A stretch of 64,000 nt of DNA, taken from Lama guanicoe. Lineage: Eukaryota. The notes below the pieces were generated by a model. The model ran no database searches. It saw nothing but the letters and a program-made list of their open reading frames with translations, and was not told the DNA's origin. The position numbers and the translations under genes were made by a program. Of this stretch, positions 51,077 to 64,000 are shown piece by piece; within the stretch, counting starts at the first letter, position 1; every line of letters starts with the position of its first letter. The DNA lies in contig MU053881.1 in assembly GCA_013239625.1 (NCBI GenBank), forward strand, positions 11,793,957-11,857,956. Direction: 5' to 3'.

Positions 51077-53239
51077 AACCAGTTGATTGCTTCGAACCAT
51101 TTACATGCAACTCTAATAATTAATACATACTATGATACAGTATATAGTCAGTAAATTTCCCCCTCCCTTTTAGTAGATACTTTTTTGTTAAACAATAAAA
51201 AGCATTATTCTTTCTCTCAGTATGTAGGTGTGTGTGTGATGTGATGGAAGGTGGAAAGATTCTGGATGCTTCTATGAGTTCATTGAACCTACAAGTTATT
51301 TCATCCTGGGATCATAATTCCTCCCTACACATAAGTCACTTAGCACTAAAGATATGACCAAAATGGTTTAAAACTGTTAGCATGTTTTGTTCTACTATTA
51401 ATCAAAAAGTCCTGTCGTGCTTTTCCATTCACTCCATTCCAGACAACTTCAGAAAAACAGAAAGAAATTGGTTATAAAAATGAGTCACTGGTAATGAGGT
51501 GATACCATTATTTTACAGATTAAACAGTCCACAGAATTTAAGGCTTTATCTTAAAATGCTACTATGTAACATGTAAGCAGTTTACAAACAAAGACAGTTG
51601 AGAATTGGTCTTATTTAAGTGTAGTAAATAAAAGGAAGGAGATTAATTCACTATCACTTCAGCCTGATTTGAGTGAAAAGAAACTGGAGTTCACCCCCTT
51701 TCACATGTGGAAAATCAAACAGGTGATTGTAGAGAAGCTGGGATGACATCATTAGTCTTTCCCAGATAAATGCCTAAGTGTTTGCCACATTAATGTGCCA
51801 CCGGATAAAAATGTTTGTCCGGATTCAATGGAAAGATCAATATGAAGAGAAAGATGTTTTACAGGCTCTGTATTTCCTTTCTAGAATAACTGTCAACTCA
51901 TATGATAAGAATGAAGGTCAGACAATTCTAAAGAGGTTTCTCTCTCAACTTTCAGAACATTAATAAATACTTTGTAAGCACTATTCTTTTGCACATTTGT
52001 CAGACAACCAATCCTGTATCTGTAATTTCAGAAATTACGTGAATCCTGGAAACTAGATATAGATCAACTCACTGAACCTTTATCTTCAATTGAAATTTAA
52101 TGAATCAAACAGTATTGAAAAATGTGTCATGTTCCATTGTGATGAGAGTGAGCATATTAATGCCACAGTTTGGTCTGAGAATGTTCCTTTAATTTCATAC
52201 CTGCATGGTTAAAGTCCTTTAAAGCAGAATGATCTGTGATGAGCTTACAGAGTATATAATTTCCTTTAACTAGAGAAGACTTCGAAGACAGCTGTATTAG
52301 AAATTTAACTTATTTCCATGTTCTCTGTATCAGCCCAGCTGGGCAGGCTTCCCTTGGGTAACATTTTGACTTATTTTGCTTTATTTTTGTGGACAGACTT
52401 GGTAGACACCATGAAGAACGCTGGTGCCAAACATAGGTTGTAGATCTACAGTGGCAGGCAGCCCAGGTGAACATCTCAGTCTGGGAATTATAGCCCTTGC
52501 GTAGTGCCAACTGTCCTGCAGTGTCCTCATCTCATTAAAGGTTAATTAGTTTCCTTTCAGCCTGTAGCTCTGTGATAGATTATGTGGGTCATAAAGATGA
52601 TATGAACACGCACTTGGCATGAGATTGTGGACTAACCGTATTCATTATGGAGGCATAAATTCTCTGCTCTGGGGCCACTTCTATTCTGGCAAAGCAGAAA
52701 TAGCCTCTAGGAAAATCAGACTAAATGTTGGGATATTGTTCGCATCCACACTCAGGTGGTGAACCTGATCCATTACTAGATGGAGAACAAACTTCTCAGG
52801 GCCAGTAACAAAGTTACTCCCAATTTCAGAAGGGGACATGAGACCCACAATTTTATTATATTCTGTAGGAAATTCGATTTAAGAAGCTACCACGGTAGGA
52901 AAAAAAACATGAAATGAACTTGTCAGAGCTTTAAAATATCTGTGTTCAATTTACTGCTACCATGTAATAGCTATTGGCAGGGTAGAAAGAAACAACAAAA
53001 ACAAAAGGATGTGAAAGCCAGTTCTTTAAAACCTGCTGTAGGTGGTGAAATTTGAAAATAAATTTTGAATAATAATCATTTTTACTTCAGTATACAGGGA
53101 TTCTACAGACCTCCATGTAACTCAAAAAAAAAAAAATTACAGGTTGGACAGTTCCTAGAAATCAGGCATTACAAACAGCTGATTATAATTATTTATTAAA
53201 CTGCTATTTCACCTTCAGTATCTATCACACCACTTCTTT

Positions 53240-53330
53240 TTAAATAATAATTTTTTTATTTTGATAAAATATACATAACAAACTTTATCATTTTAAAAGC
53301 ATTTTTTAAGTATCCTGTTCATTAGCATGT
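53240..53330 (-). mobile_element. Very short (~90 bp) L1 3'-terminal insertion
   Basis: TTTTATTTTGATAAAATATACATAACAAACTTTATCATTTTAA; perfect 11-bp TSD ACCACTTCTTT (53229-53239 / 53331-53341). Confidence 0.8.
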
Positions 53331-54184
53331 ACCACTTCTTTCACCATAAATTATGAAATATATCTACATCAGATTGGACTCAGAGTGATTGAATCATTGT
53401 TTTCCTAATAATTGTTTGAAAGAGAAGTATATGAAAACCACTGTAAAGACACTAAACTGCATTATAGTATAGTTAACAGGAGTATGGTATTCATTTTTAT
53501 TAGATATAAGACCTATGTTCTGATTTCTTGAAATAGACTGTTTTTCCAAAATTGGTATCTATTTTTTATTCCTAGAGCTGTAATTCATTTACACTGCAGA
53601 TACTTATGGTATAATTTCTTGAAGTAAATAGTCCCAAGACAAATAATATTTAACGTGTATTTTGGTTAAGGACAAAAAGCACACAAGTAGGATACAAATA
53701 CCAGTCACTCAGCATTTAATAATCAAGAAATAAGTTAGCTTATTCATCAGGGATGCATATAGCCAGTGCAGTATAATCAGACTCCAGATGGCTAAATCCA
53801 ATTATCCAAACTTCCAGAGAATTATTACAGTCAATTGTTATTGTCATCTCAAGAATCCATGATGTAGTTGTGTTATCTTTCTATTTAATAAAACGGGACT
53901 TCTCAGTTTTCTAATCTGGCTTAGAAAGAGCAATGTCTTTGACTAGCAGGATATTTCTGATCACTTGGGGGGAAAAAAAGGAACGTCCTTTTCCTTTTTC
54001 AAATATTCCTCTTCAGATGAAAAGTTAATTGCCTGAATTTGTGTTTTAAACTTTTCTATAGATTAGATTAATTTTATTGAAGTTAGCAGATAGATTTGCC
54101 AACATTCAAATTGTTTGCAATTTAAGAGTGGAATGTTCATGAAGCTTCCTTTGAGGCACTGTGCCACCTCTTCCATGTAGCTTT

Positions 54185-55335
54185 CTTTTTTATAATTGAT
54201 GTATTGTCAGCTACAATGTGTCAATTTCTGGTATATAGCACAATGTCCCAGTCAGGCATATATTCATTTTCATATTCTTTTTCATTCAAAATTATTATTT
54301 TAAGATACTCAGTATAGTTCCTAGTGCTATACAGAAGAAATTATTATTTTTATATATAGTAGCTAACATTTGCAAATCTCAAACTCCCTAATTTATCCCT
54401 TCCTACCCCCTTTTTCCAGTGACCATAAGATTGTTTACTATGTCTGAGAGTCCGTTTCTGTTTTGTAGATGAGTTCATGGTGTCCTTTTTTCTTTTTTCT
54501 TTTTAGATTCCACATATGAGTGATACATGGTATTTTTCTTCCTCTTTCTGGCTTACTTCACTTAGAATGATGATCTCTATGTCCATCCATGTTGCTGCAA
54601 ATGGCGTTGTTTTATTCTTTTTATGGCTGAGTAGTATTCCATTGTATAAATATACCACAACTTCTTTAGCCAGTCATCTGTTGATGGACAGTTAGGTTGC
54701 TTCCATGTCTTGGCTATTGTAACTATTGCTGCTATGAACACGAGGGTGCATGTATCTTTTTGAGTTAATGTTCTCTCTGGATTGCTGGGTCATATTGTAA
54801 GTCTACTTTAGCTTTTTGAGGAATATGTATACTGTTTTCCACAATGGCTGCACCAAACTACATTCCCACCAGCAGTGAGGAGGGTTCCCTTTTCTCCACA
54901 CCCTGTCCAGCATTTATTGTTTGTGGGCTTTGGAATGAAGGCCATTCTGACTGGTGTGAGGTAATACCTCATTGTAGTTTTGATTTGCATTTCTCTGACA
55001 ATGATATTGTGCATTTTTTCATGTGCCTATCGGCCATTTGTATGTCTTCACTGAAGAATTGCTTGTTTAGGTCGTGTGCCCATTTTTGGATTGGGTATTT
55101 TTTGTTGTTGTTAAGTTTTATGAGCTGTTTATATATTCAGCTCATTATATATAAAGGAAATTAAACCTTTGTCAATCTCATCTTTTGGAAATATATTCTC
55201 CCATTCTGTAGATTGTCGTTTTGTTTTGCTTCAGGTTTCCTTTGTTGTACAAAAGCTTGTAAGTTTAATTAGGTCCCATTTGTTTATTTTTGCTTTTATT
55301 TCTATTGTCTGGGTAGACTGCCCTAGGAGAACATT
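54185..55335 (-). mobile_element. 5'-truncated camelid-type L1 (~1.15 kb)
   Basis: ORF2 remnant [19 protein letters not shown]...[33 protein letters not shown] (54168-54184) / CTCTTCCTTATAGCTTT (55336-55352). Confidence 0.93.
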
Positions 55336-57903
55336 CTCTTCCTTATAGCTTTAATCTCTTTCTCTCTCTCTTTCTCTCCCCCCACCCACCTCTTTCTGCA
55401 TCCTTCCTTCCCTTCCTCCCTGTCTCTGGTTAAAATAGACAAAATACATAAATAAAATCAGCTAATATGGTAATACATCTACTTGATTTCCACACACAGT
55501 GCCATGCTTTCCATTTCAAGGTTAGCATTCAAGTGTTGCTATGGTTAGAATAGGTCAAAAAGATTTATAAATCATAGCTAGCCTTTTAGTAGATCCTTCT
55601 ATGAAGCAAATAGAATCTCCTTGGCTTATCAGTCAATGATAGGCTCCTTTTCCCTAAACTGAAGCCATAAAGAAGATTAGCAGAGTAGAAATGAGATGTA
55701 TGTAATTAATTCCCCAGATCTCTCTAGATTATATCACTAGTTTTGATTAGGAGAACATCGTGACTAAAATGAAAAATACATAGAGTAGCTGAAATCATGA
55801 AGAAAAAAAGAAATTTTCCTAGTACAGAGATGTTCTAGATAAAACTAACAGTTTATAATGATAGTTTATGATTCAGATTTTTAAGGACCCTTATTTATAA
55901 AGGTATAATTTGTAAAAAGAAATTTCCCTTCAAGGTTGTTAAAATACTGTTTATGTATATATATTTCTATTGTATATGAGCAAATGCACACTTTCAACTA
56001 CTTCTATTCTAGATGAATATTGGGTCGGAACAGGATATTTATATTTCTTTGTGGTAATTACATAACTGTAGAAAGTGTCTTCTTTCCAACTGAAAAAGAC
56101 AGAAATAATTTGGGAGCTAATTACCAATTATAATTTGGATCATTTAAATGTCTGCCATTTCCTTGTACCTGTCATCAACCTACTGCGTTTGATGAGAATC
56201 TTAGCAATGTCTATATTTTAGAGAAAAAAAAAGCTCTGTCTTTCCATTAGTTTCTTGTAACTATCAAATAGAAAATGAGATCAATATTTTAAAAAAACTC
56301 TCAATTGGGTTATTTCCTATTGAACGATAGGTGGATTTTATTAGTAATCATAAGAATTTCTTTGTAGTTTGAACTTGTTCACAATTACTTTTGCTGTATT
56401 TAGAAATGAAACACAGCTGCATGCTGTAAAGGGTGTTAAATTTATTAGATATTGCCAAATGTTATAGTAACACATGATGTTCTAATGGAGAAAGGGAAGG
56501 CTTTCCAAAAGAGGGAGTGAGTGGTTATTGTCTGCTCCTTTGGGTCTGTCAACAAGATTAACAGGGTCAGATGTTCTCCAGACATATCATAATTAAAGGA
56601 TGGCACCTAATGGTAAAAGCTACATTAAGGCAAAAATTTTTTTTTCTGTGGGAATCGAGAAAAGAGGATTCAATATATTTAGAGTTATCTTCCTAATGCA
56701 TTTTTCTACATTAGTGATTCTTAATGGGGTCATGGTGGCGGGGGTTGGCCATATCTGAATTTCATGGAGGATAGAGAGTGTTGTGTTGTTTGAAAAGATT
56801 TATTCAGTGTCATAATTTTATATGGAGAAAATGAGGAAAATATATCGTTTTCATAACTGTAGAAAATGGTTTGACAGAATCTTTTAGCAGAAGATTCATG
56901 GTTTGGGAAGAAAAGATGAAACTATATATGGTTTTGAGGATAATAAACCGCACAAAAGTGGGTAAGTTAGGGATGAAGTCCATTCTGTCTCCACTCATTA
57001 AACCGTGAACCCTGACTCCTAGAACAGAAGCACTGCTGTACCTACAATAGGAGGGGGTCTTCAAATGCCTTTAGCGGTTAGACTGTTGATTTAAACATGG
57101 GAAGAGGCAGGTAGCACCTTTCGTGAACTGTGACAATTGCTCCCTGACCAGAGACACTCAAATTATAGCTTGATTAAACATGGCACTGGATAAACATAAG
57201 GCATCTGTTGGCCAAATTTAGCCCAGTGGCTACTAGATTGTGTCTATCTTGTACAAACTCTAATCTTAAAATGATTTTCTTATAAAATGTGCCCTCTTAA
57301 TTAAGGCATTGCCAAAGGTCTCCAATAGCAAGAGGTTCTCTCTGCCCACACAGTGATTTTCTAACAGGTCTAGAAATACACTTCTCTTGGAAAATCCCTT
57401 GTGTGTCATGACGTTACTCCTGTAAATTCTTGGTCCCCAAAAATACGATAGAGAGAGGGACAGAACATCGACATCATCTCTTAATCTGAATTATCATGGG
57501 ACCATGCTCCTGAACTTTGTTCTCTATCGGTAGATTTCTTAGATAATTCCCAACTCATTTCTACAGTGAGTGAGAAACTGGTAAGCAAATTAGACACAAA
57601 CCCTCTTTATTGGTTACTAGAAAAGGAGATATTTTCTGTGAGGTGATGGCAACCTTATTTTCTTCAGTGACACCTGAGTTATCACTGTTGTCTGCTCCAC
57701 CTAAAATGTGTGGTAACTGGAACTCCATAAAATGGGTATGGGCTATACCTTAAACTACGACTCTGCGTATTACCTTTGATTGTACATTGGAAACTTAAGA
57801 CTCATATCCCGTTGTTGGTATATGTATGTGTGCACATGCAAAGTATGTGTGCTTTCACATACACATGTTTTCTCTCTCTAGCCTTGTTCTAGATCCTGTC
57901 TTT

Positions 57904-58272
57904 TAAAAAAATTATGTGTGTATATATGTATATGTATAGTCAGTTTACAATGTTGTGTTAGTTTCTGATGTACAGCATAGTGATTCGGTTACACATACAT
58001 ACATATATATACCTTTTCATATTCTTTTTAATTATAGGCTATTATAAGATACTGAATATAGTTCCCTGTGCTATACAGTGGGAGCTTGTTGTTTATCTGG
58101 TTTTGTGAAGGTTTCCTTGTAGTTCCAGTTGTGCAAGATCTCCTGCCAGCGTTCAGTAGGTGTTCAGTAGGTGTTCTGTGAGAATGGTTCCACATGTGGA
58201 CGTATTTTTGATGTATTCATGGGAGAGGGTGAGCTCCGCGTCCTTCTATTCCACCATCTTGAAGCCTCTCCC
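57904..58272 (-). mobile_element. Bipartite L1: 5'-terminal ~176 nt fused to 3'-terminal ~190 nt (spliced or internally deleted)
   Basis: L1 5'-end YY1 motif (plus CCACCATCTTG, 58251-58261), L1 3'UTR at 57904-58096, one TSD CTAGATCCT(AA)GTCTTT at 57889-57903 / 58273-58289. Confidence 0.85.
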
Positions 58273-60349
58273 CTAGATCCTAAGTCTTTAGTTTCAATAT
58301 CAATCTAACCTTTGGAACTATTGCTAAAATATTACTTCATGCTCTGCAACTTACAGGTCAGTACTATTTTGTCCTTAGGCTAAACTCTGAAATCTAGAAA
58401 TCCAACATGGATCTGTCATTGGAGGACTCTGTTAAACAGGGAGTTCAGAAATTTGCTTAATAGAAAATCAGGGACAGCTGTACCTTTTTCACTAAAAAGT
58501 CATATATTTGTACATGTGTATATTTGGAAATCAGGTAACAGTGTCATCTCCTGCATGGTAATACTTCAGATGCTTTACGTATCACACCTGTATATGGAAA
58601 CAACACAGACCTTGTCATTAATGTTTTTGTGAAAGCTGATAGCTCTTGGTGGAATGTTACCCAGTGGGCTAGGTACAGAACTTGGGGTATCAGAAATGCT
58701 GCTTAATTTTCTGTACACTGAATGCAGGCATAAATCCTCTTGCATATGTTTCCTTGGAAAGTTGATCTCTGCTAAGAAAAATATGGTTGATAGTGACCAT
58801 TAGATTTTGTGAGGTCAGCAAGACTGACAAATTAGGAGTTAAAGACTTTGTAAACAGGAAAGAATGAAAATAATACTAGAATAGTGTAAATGTTGAGATA
58901 CATATATATTATAGAAGAATTAAAGCTGATCAGTCAGTTGGTACAAGATGAAATGTTCCATTTTGGTATTCATTCACTGTATAATCAGTCTTCAGCTTTG
59001 GAAGATACTTTTCCAATATTTATTTTTCATAAAATAATGATTATCAAATAAATAATTGGTTTTACCTTGGCATTTATCTAATAGCAGGGTACAGGTAATC
59101 TTGTGACATTTTATTTTATTATCATTGTCTCTGAGAAAATAATGACCAGCTTTTAAAAATTTTTCATAATTGGTTAGAACAGTCTGTTGAGCCGCTAACT
59201 ATATTAGGTGATCTGTAATTTGTACCAGAAACAAACCTAAATTATACCACTACAAACCTGGTATTTTTATGGAAACCTTAGAAATACGGAAGCTTTTACT
59301 GAGTAACCAGTGAATTCCTAGAGGTTATGATAAATTTGAAATGAACATTTAGAAATGACATCTTTCATTTGGCTCGATTTCATATAGCCTTTCCCTTCAG
59401 TGTCTTACTAGGTAGGTGTCTGTTTCATTGAAAGATCAGCCTGTTGCACATCTGTGGAATTAAATATCAAGGAACGATGCTGGAACAGACATTAATGGCT
59501 CTTTACCAAATGGCCACAGCCCTTCACCATTGTCTACCATGTCCACATTCTTTTTATTGTTGGCACAGCCTTTTAACCCTAAGATGTTGAGAATGCCTGT
59601 TACTCACTTTCCTAGCTTTCCCCGAAACTACAAGATACTTATTCAAGCAACCCAGTCATAGCCAAGAACATCAGAGGGGAAGTCTGTGGGGCACTTTCAT
59701 TTAAATAAAATGTTTTGCATTTTATTATCTCACCAAGGAATTGAATGACCACCAGATTTGATAGTGTCTGCCTACGGCATCTTGAGGTGTAGTTGCTGTG
59801 TTTGAGTGGGACACTGTCAACATGCCCTGAGTGGTAGAGCAGACAGATGAGAATCATCTGAGCTCTGTGTTCATCACCGAGCTGCTGAAGCAACTTGGAA
59901 ATTCTGTCTCTGGCCTTCTTGACAAGTGTGGTATACATGCTCTGATCATTTAACTCACTCACTTCTATCGGGTGGTCTGTTACCTGTACCCCAAAGCAAA
60001 CTGAAATCTACAAACAGAAACCTGATATTTTAATGACAACCTTACAAACACTGAAGCTTTCACTGGGTGAGTATCTGCTGAATTCTCAGAGGTTGTGGTA
60101 AAATTGAAATGAACATTTATTTCCAAATTAAATATGATCCTTGCACTCTGACCATATGACCTTAAGGAAGTCATTTAACTTCTCTGGGATTTGGATTCAG
60201 AAAGTTATCTCCCAGGTTATTGAAAAAATATCTAACTTGGTGCTGGAGATAAATAATATGCTTACTAATTTTTTTGTTTAATCTAAACCTCAATTTGTAT
60301 GTCCCAGCTCAGTCATTTGGGATCTGAACGATATAAAGAGAAAAAATCA

Positions 60350-60570
60350 TATAAAGTCATTAGATTCAGGTAGTCCTTGACCTCTTATCATTTGGTTATG
60401 TGATGAGGGTCTCTCAACCAATAAGTATCTCATTGACCTCATGAGTAAAATGTGAATAATAATATCTACCTTTCGGGTATGGTCTGCATATTAAAAAGTA
60501 GATAGCATAATAGATCATCTACCTAAGTGCCTGCCACATAGTAAATACTAAAATGTGAACAAATAATAAT
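60350..60570 (+). mobile_element. MIR SINE
   Basis: CATGAGTAAAATGTGAATAATAATATCTACCT...GTGCCTGCCACATAGTAAATACT. Confidence 0.65.
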
Positions 60571-62294
60571 ACTATTGACATAAAATAGTATAATGTGTGG
60601 CACAAATTATTATCTAAAGGCAGATATGCCTTTAGATTGCTTCAAGTTTATCCTAGAAGTGTCTAGAAAGTGTTATTTGTTCTCTGCAAAAATCATCCTT
60701 CTCTTCATTCAGACAGGTTAATAACAGTAATAATCATGCTCACTGTTATCAGCCATTGATTAAAATGAAAGCAAAGTTTGGATATTATCTTTCATCCCTC
60801 TTTTGTAGATGAACTCTGCTGTAGATCTTATTATTTTTCACCTACACACGGGTGGAAAAGCAAATAAATAATTTATAACTGGGAAAATGTCTTCTGTTTC
60901 ACCTTCATGTTTTAAGCTAATATCCACAGCAAGCACAGACTAGAAATTTAATATTTTCCTGAATATTACCATTGATTGCTTATTGAACCCTTGTCTAAAC
61001 ATCTATTTAGTTCTCATAAGGCACCCAAAGATTTATCTGTTTGAACCAACCCCCATTAGAAATTTACATAATAATTTAGCTGCACAAATGTTTCTGAAGG
61101 GAAATATATGTAGTATGACCATAGTATTATGCAAATTTTGTTTTTACAGCCATTTAGTTTTGCCATAATACCTTATGCCATTCCACAAGCAGTGCATTGA
61201 GCCATGCCAGTGCTGACGACAGCAGTCAGGAGCTGGACTCCAGATCCTGCAGCTTCAGCCTTAATGTATGGTTGCCTTAGGGGCATTCTACCTATTAATT
61301 TAACATTCTAAAACTAATTATGTATGTCAGGGTGACCTCTCTCTAATCTACATTCATCACGGAGTCCGAGCCGTCTGTCTCTGTTGTTCCCATCATAAAA
61401 TAGCTGTTGATAGACTTATATAATTGACTGTGTCAGAAGTGAACTCACCCCACATTGCTACATGCAAATGGTGTATGGTCTCAGTAGAATAAAGATAAGC
61501 AAAAAAATAATCCAACTATCTTCAGTAATTAACTTTGGAGGTTTCATAACAACAGTAGGAAATATATTTCCCGTTGGCTTAAAAATGAAATTAGGGAGTA
61601 CACGAGAGTAACATCTATAGTAATTAAAAAAGTTTTCTAGAAGAAAAGTTGGATAAAAGAAATGCACCTTCAGTTTCTTTGTGTAATATTTATTTACAGC
61701 ACTTCCTGCTCCTTGGGCTAGCATACTTACAGACATCAATTTTTAAAAATACGTGTATGTACTTTAGTAGGGGAAAATTCACAATTATCCACACAGTTTT
61801 GAGTGTCCATTTGTTGTGTAAACATCGAAATTTGCAATAGGTGCTTCTCTTTCTAAACTATCTACTGTATCTGCTCATTTATCCAGGTGTTATCATAGAA
61901 AAAAACTTCTTTAAAGGTTAATTTGTTGGTTTTATTAAATCTATTTTGAAGAAATTTCCCTTTTGTTTGAAAAGATTCTCCTGATAAAAGGAACACTTTT
62001 GCAGAGGCTACCAATCATAAATATTGATTAAATGGCATTGCATGCTGAGTATTACACCAGTTTTGGAAAAGAGTCTCAAATGAGAGAAAAAGCAATCTGT
62101 GTCTATTTGTAGTGAGTAACCCAGACTGGTTTCCAGAGACAGTGGGAGAAGTTTCAGTCACATTCTCCCTGGAGTTCTCTTCTGTTCTTCCTGAGAAAAT
62201 TTATTTAGAACTTACTACCTTTCCACCTTTATGGAAGGTCCAGAAGGAAACAACTGAAACAAGACCCTTGTTCTCAAAGATGCCACCAGGGAGC

Positions 62295-62535
62295 TGGTAC
62301 AGGGTAGCAGTTAGGAGTTGACACTCTGGGGTCAAACTGCTACGTTTGACTCTGGCCTTGGCATTCCACAGTTGTCTGACTTTAGGCTAGCTGCTTAAAA
62401 TACCATGCTTAAATTTTTTTCATCTGTAAATTGAGACTACATAGACAATGAGTTGTTGTAAGAGGTGCATGTAGCAAGAATAAATACAGGCCGCATAGCT
62501 CACAAGAAGCAGTCAGTGAGCTTTTGCTGTTATTG
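62295..62535 (+). mobile_element. MIR SINE
   Basis: GTTAGGAGTTGACACTCTGGGGTCAAACTGC...TTTTCATCTGTAAATTG...GTTGTTGTAAGAG. Confidence 0.75.
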
Positions 62536-62644
62536 CCTTTGGTGTGAGATGTGGAGATACCCTGAGAACAATACAGAACATTATATAATTAAGTTATGTG
62601 GCATGATTAGAAAAAAATCAGACAATAGATTTCAGAAAGTAAGA

Positions 62645-62850
62645 TCAGAGAGAGTCGATTTGACTCTAACTTCCCACTGGTAGGAACATAGGCAAGTTCC
62701 TTAAACTTTCTGGGGCTTATCTTTCTTATAACTAAAATCTGCACAATTATAGTACCTGTCTTACAGGTCTATATAAGAATGAAATAATGTGTATATCAAG
62801 CTCTTGACATAGTGTTTGGCATTCAGTAAAACTTGCTACATTTTTGGTTT
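62645..62850 (+). mobile_element. MIR SINE
   Basis: GGCAAGTTCCTTAAACTTTCTG...ATAGTACCTGTCTTACAGG...CATAGTGTTTGGCATTCAGTAA. Confidence 0.7.
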
Positions 62851-62936
62851 GGTTTTGCTAATAAGTAATACTAACACTGGACGACAAGTGAGGTTAGTGA
62901 GAAAGGAGAGAGGTAAAAATATGGCTTCATGGATGG

Positions 62937-63324
62937 TGTATTAGCTTCCTAAAGCTGTTGAAACAAAGTACCACACATAGATAGCTTAGAACAGAAGTTT
63001 ATTGTCCCACAGTTACGGAGACCAGAACTCTGAAGTCAAGGTGTTGGTAGGGCCTTGCTCCCTCTGGAGGTGCTGGAGAAGGAACAGTTCCAGGTCTCTC
63101 TTTCAGCTTCTGGTAGTTCCTTGGCCTGTGGCCGCGTGACTGCAGTCTTTCCATGGTGGTGTCTCTGTGCGAGTTCTTTTTATAAGGACATCAGGCATAT
63201 TAGATGAGGGGGCCACTTTCGTATGACCTCATCTCAACTAATCCTGTCTGCGATGACCCTGTTTTCAAAGTCATGCCCTAAGGGATTTGAGAGTGGGATT
63301 TAACATCCAAGTTTGGGGGTGACA
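62937..63324 (-). mobile_element. MaLR solo LTR (MLT1B-like)
   Basis: TGTATTAGCTTCCTAAAGCTG...ACAAAGTACCAC...TCAAGGTGTTGGTAGGGCC...TTATAAGGACATCAGGCATATTAGAT; possible 5-bp TSD GATGG/AATGG. Confidence 0.85.
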
Positions 63325-64000
63325 AATGGTAAGAGACTCCTGGAAAGTTATAAATGGGGAAAGAAGAGAATAACATTCTAGATCAGAGAGGGCCATCAGC
63401 AAAAGGACGGGGTAAGTTAACAGGGCATGAGAGGCAGGTAAAGAGGTAAAAGGACTGCATTCCAAGTGATGGAATGTAAGGAAGAGGAAATTGTGTTAGT
63501 CCAGATCCAGGGTCATGCGAGATGTAATGACAAGTACAGTTAAGTCAGCAATTCTTCAGCGTAGACTCTGGTTATACCAATGCAACCAGGGAGAAATCAG
63601 CCCTAAACCAATTCAGGAAATGTGAAGGTCCAGCTGAGGCATTTTGATGCAATGTTTAGGCGTAAAAGTCTGAAACTAAATGGTAGGTTCATTGCCCAGG
63701 TGTATACATTCAGCATGAAGAAACTATCACTAACTGTAGACAGAAAAGGTAATGATGACTTGACATTAGAACAGAGAAGCTGTGTAAGTGCTGATTCCAT
63801 ATTAGAATATCGAATAATCTTTTCATCCCAGAAGAGTATAAAAAGAAGGGTATTAGATTTGAAGAGAGGGTGACTAGCTCTGCTTCCTCTTGACTGCTAT
63901 TCCCTCATGTGTTAAATAAGATATTAATATTTACTCCCAGAAAAGGTTGTTGTAAAAATTATTTTATTTCAGGTAAAGCTCTGACATTATAAAGGTACTA

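Noticed and set aside
1..64000. ORF-track entries as protein-coding genes
   Set aside because: All are 130 aa or shorter, many start at non-ATG codons, and they lie in low-complexity or repeat DNA. The only recognisable peptides are L1 ORF2 remnants (27921-28169, 54808-55014).

Overview
AT-rich mammalian (eutherian) genomic DNA, most likely a camelid (alpaca/vicuna/camel), judging from a vic-1-type tRNA-derived SINE at 25183-25332 and camelid-style L1 3' ends. I find no recognisable protein-coding gene, so this looks like intergenic DNA or a large intron. The ORF track is mostly chance ORFs and L1 remnants. Much of the window is transposon-derived: L1 of several ages (many with clear target-site duplications, TSDs), L2, MIR, MER2/MER5/MER20 DNA-transposon MITEs, and MER41-like, LTR33-like and MLT1 solo LTRs. 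The most notable items are: (1) a TSD-flanked 369-bp L1 whose extreme 5' end is joined directly to its 3' end at a junction that matches a splice event (57904-58272); (2) an ORF-less L1 5'UTR that forms the only CpG island in the window, with antisense promoter motifs, a consensus splice donor and candidate downstream exons (22.5-23.8 kb); (3) a tailless U2 snRNA retrocopy; (4) a twin-primed inverted L1; (5) a homeodomain-site-rich inverted-repeat element at 47.5 kb. Repeat family names come from my recollection of consensus sequences, not from a search. Boundaries of old repeats are approximate.
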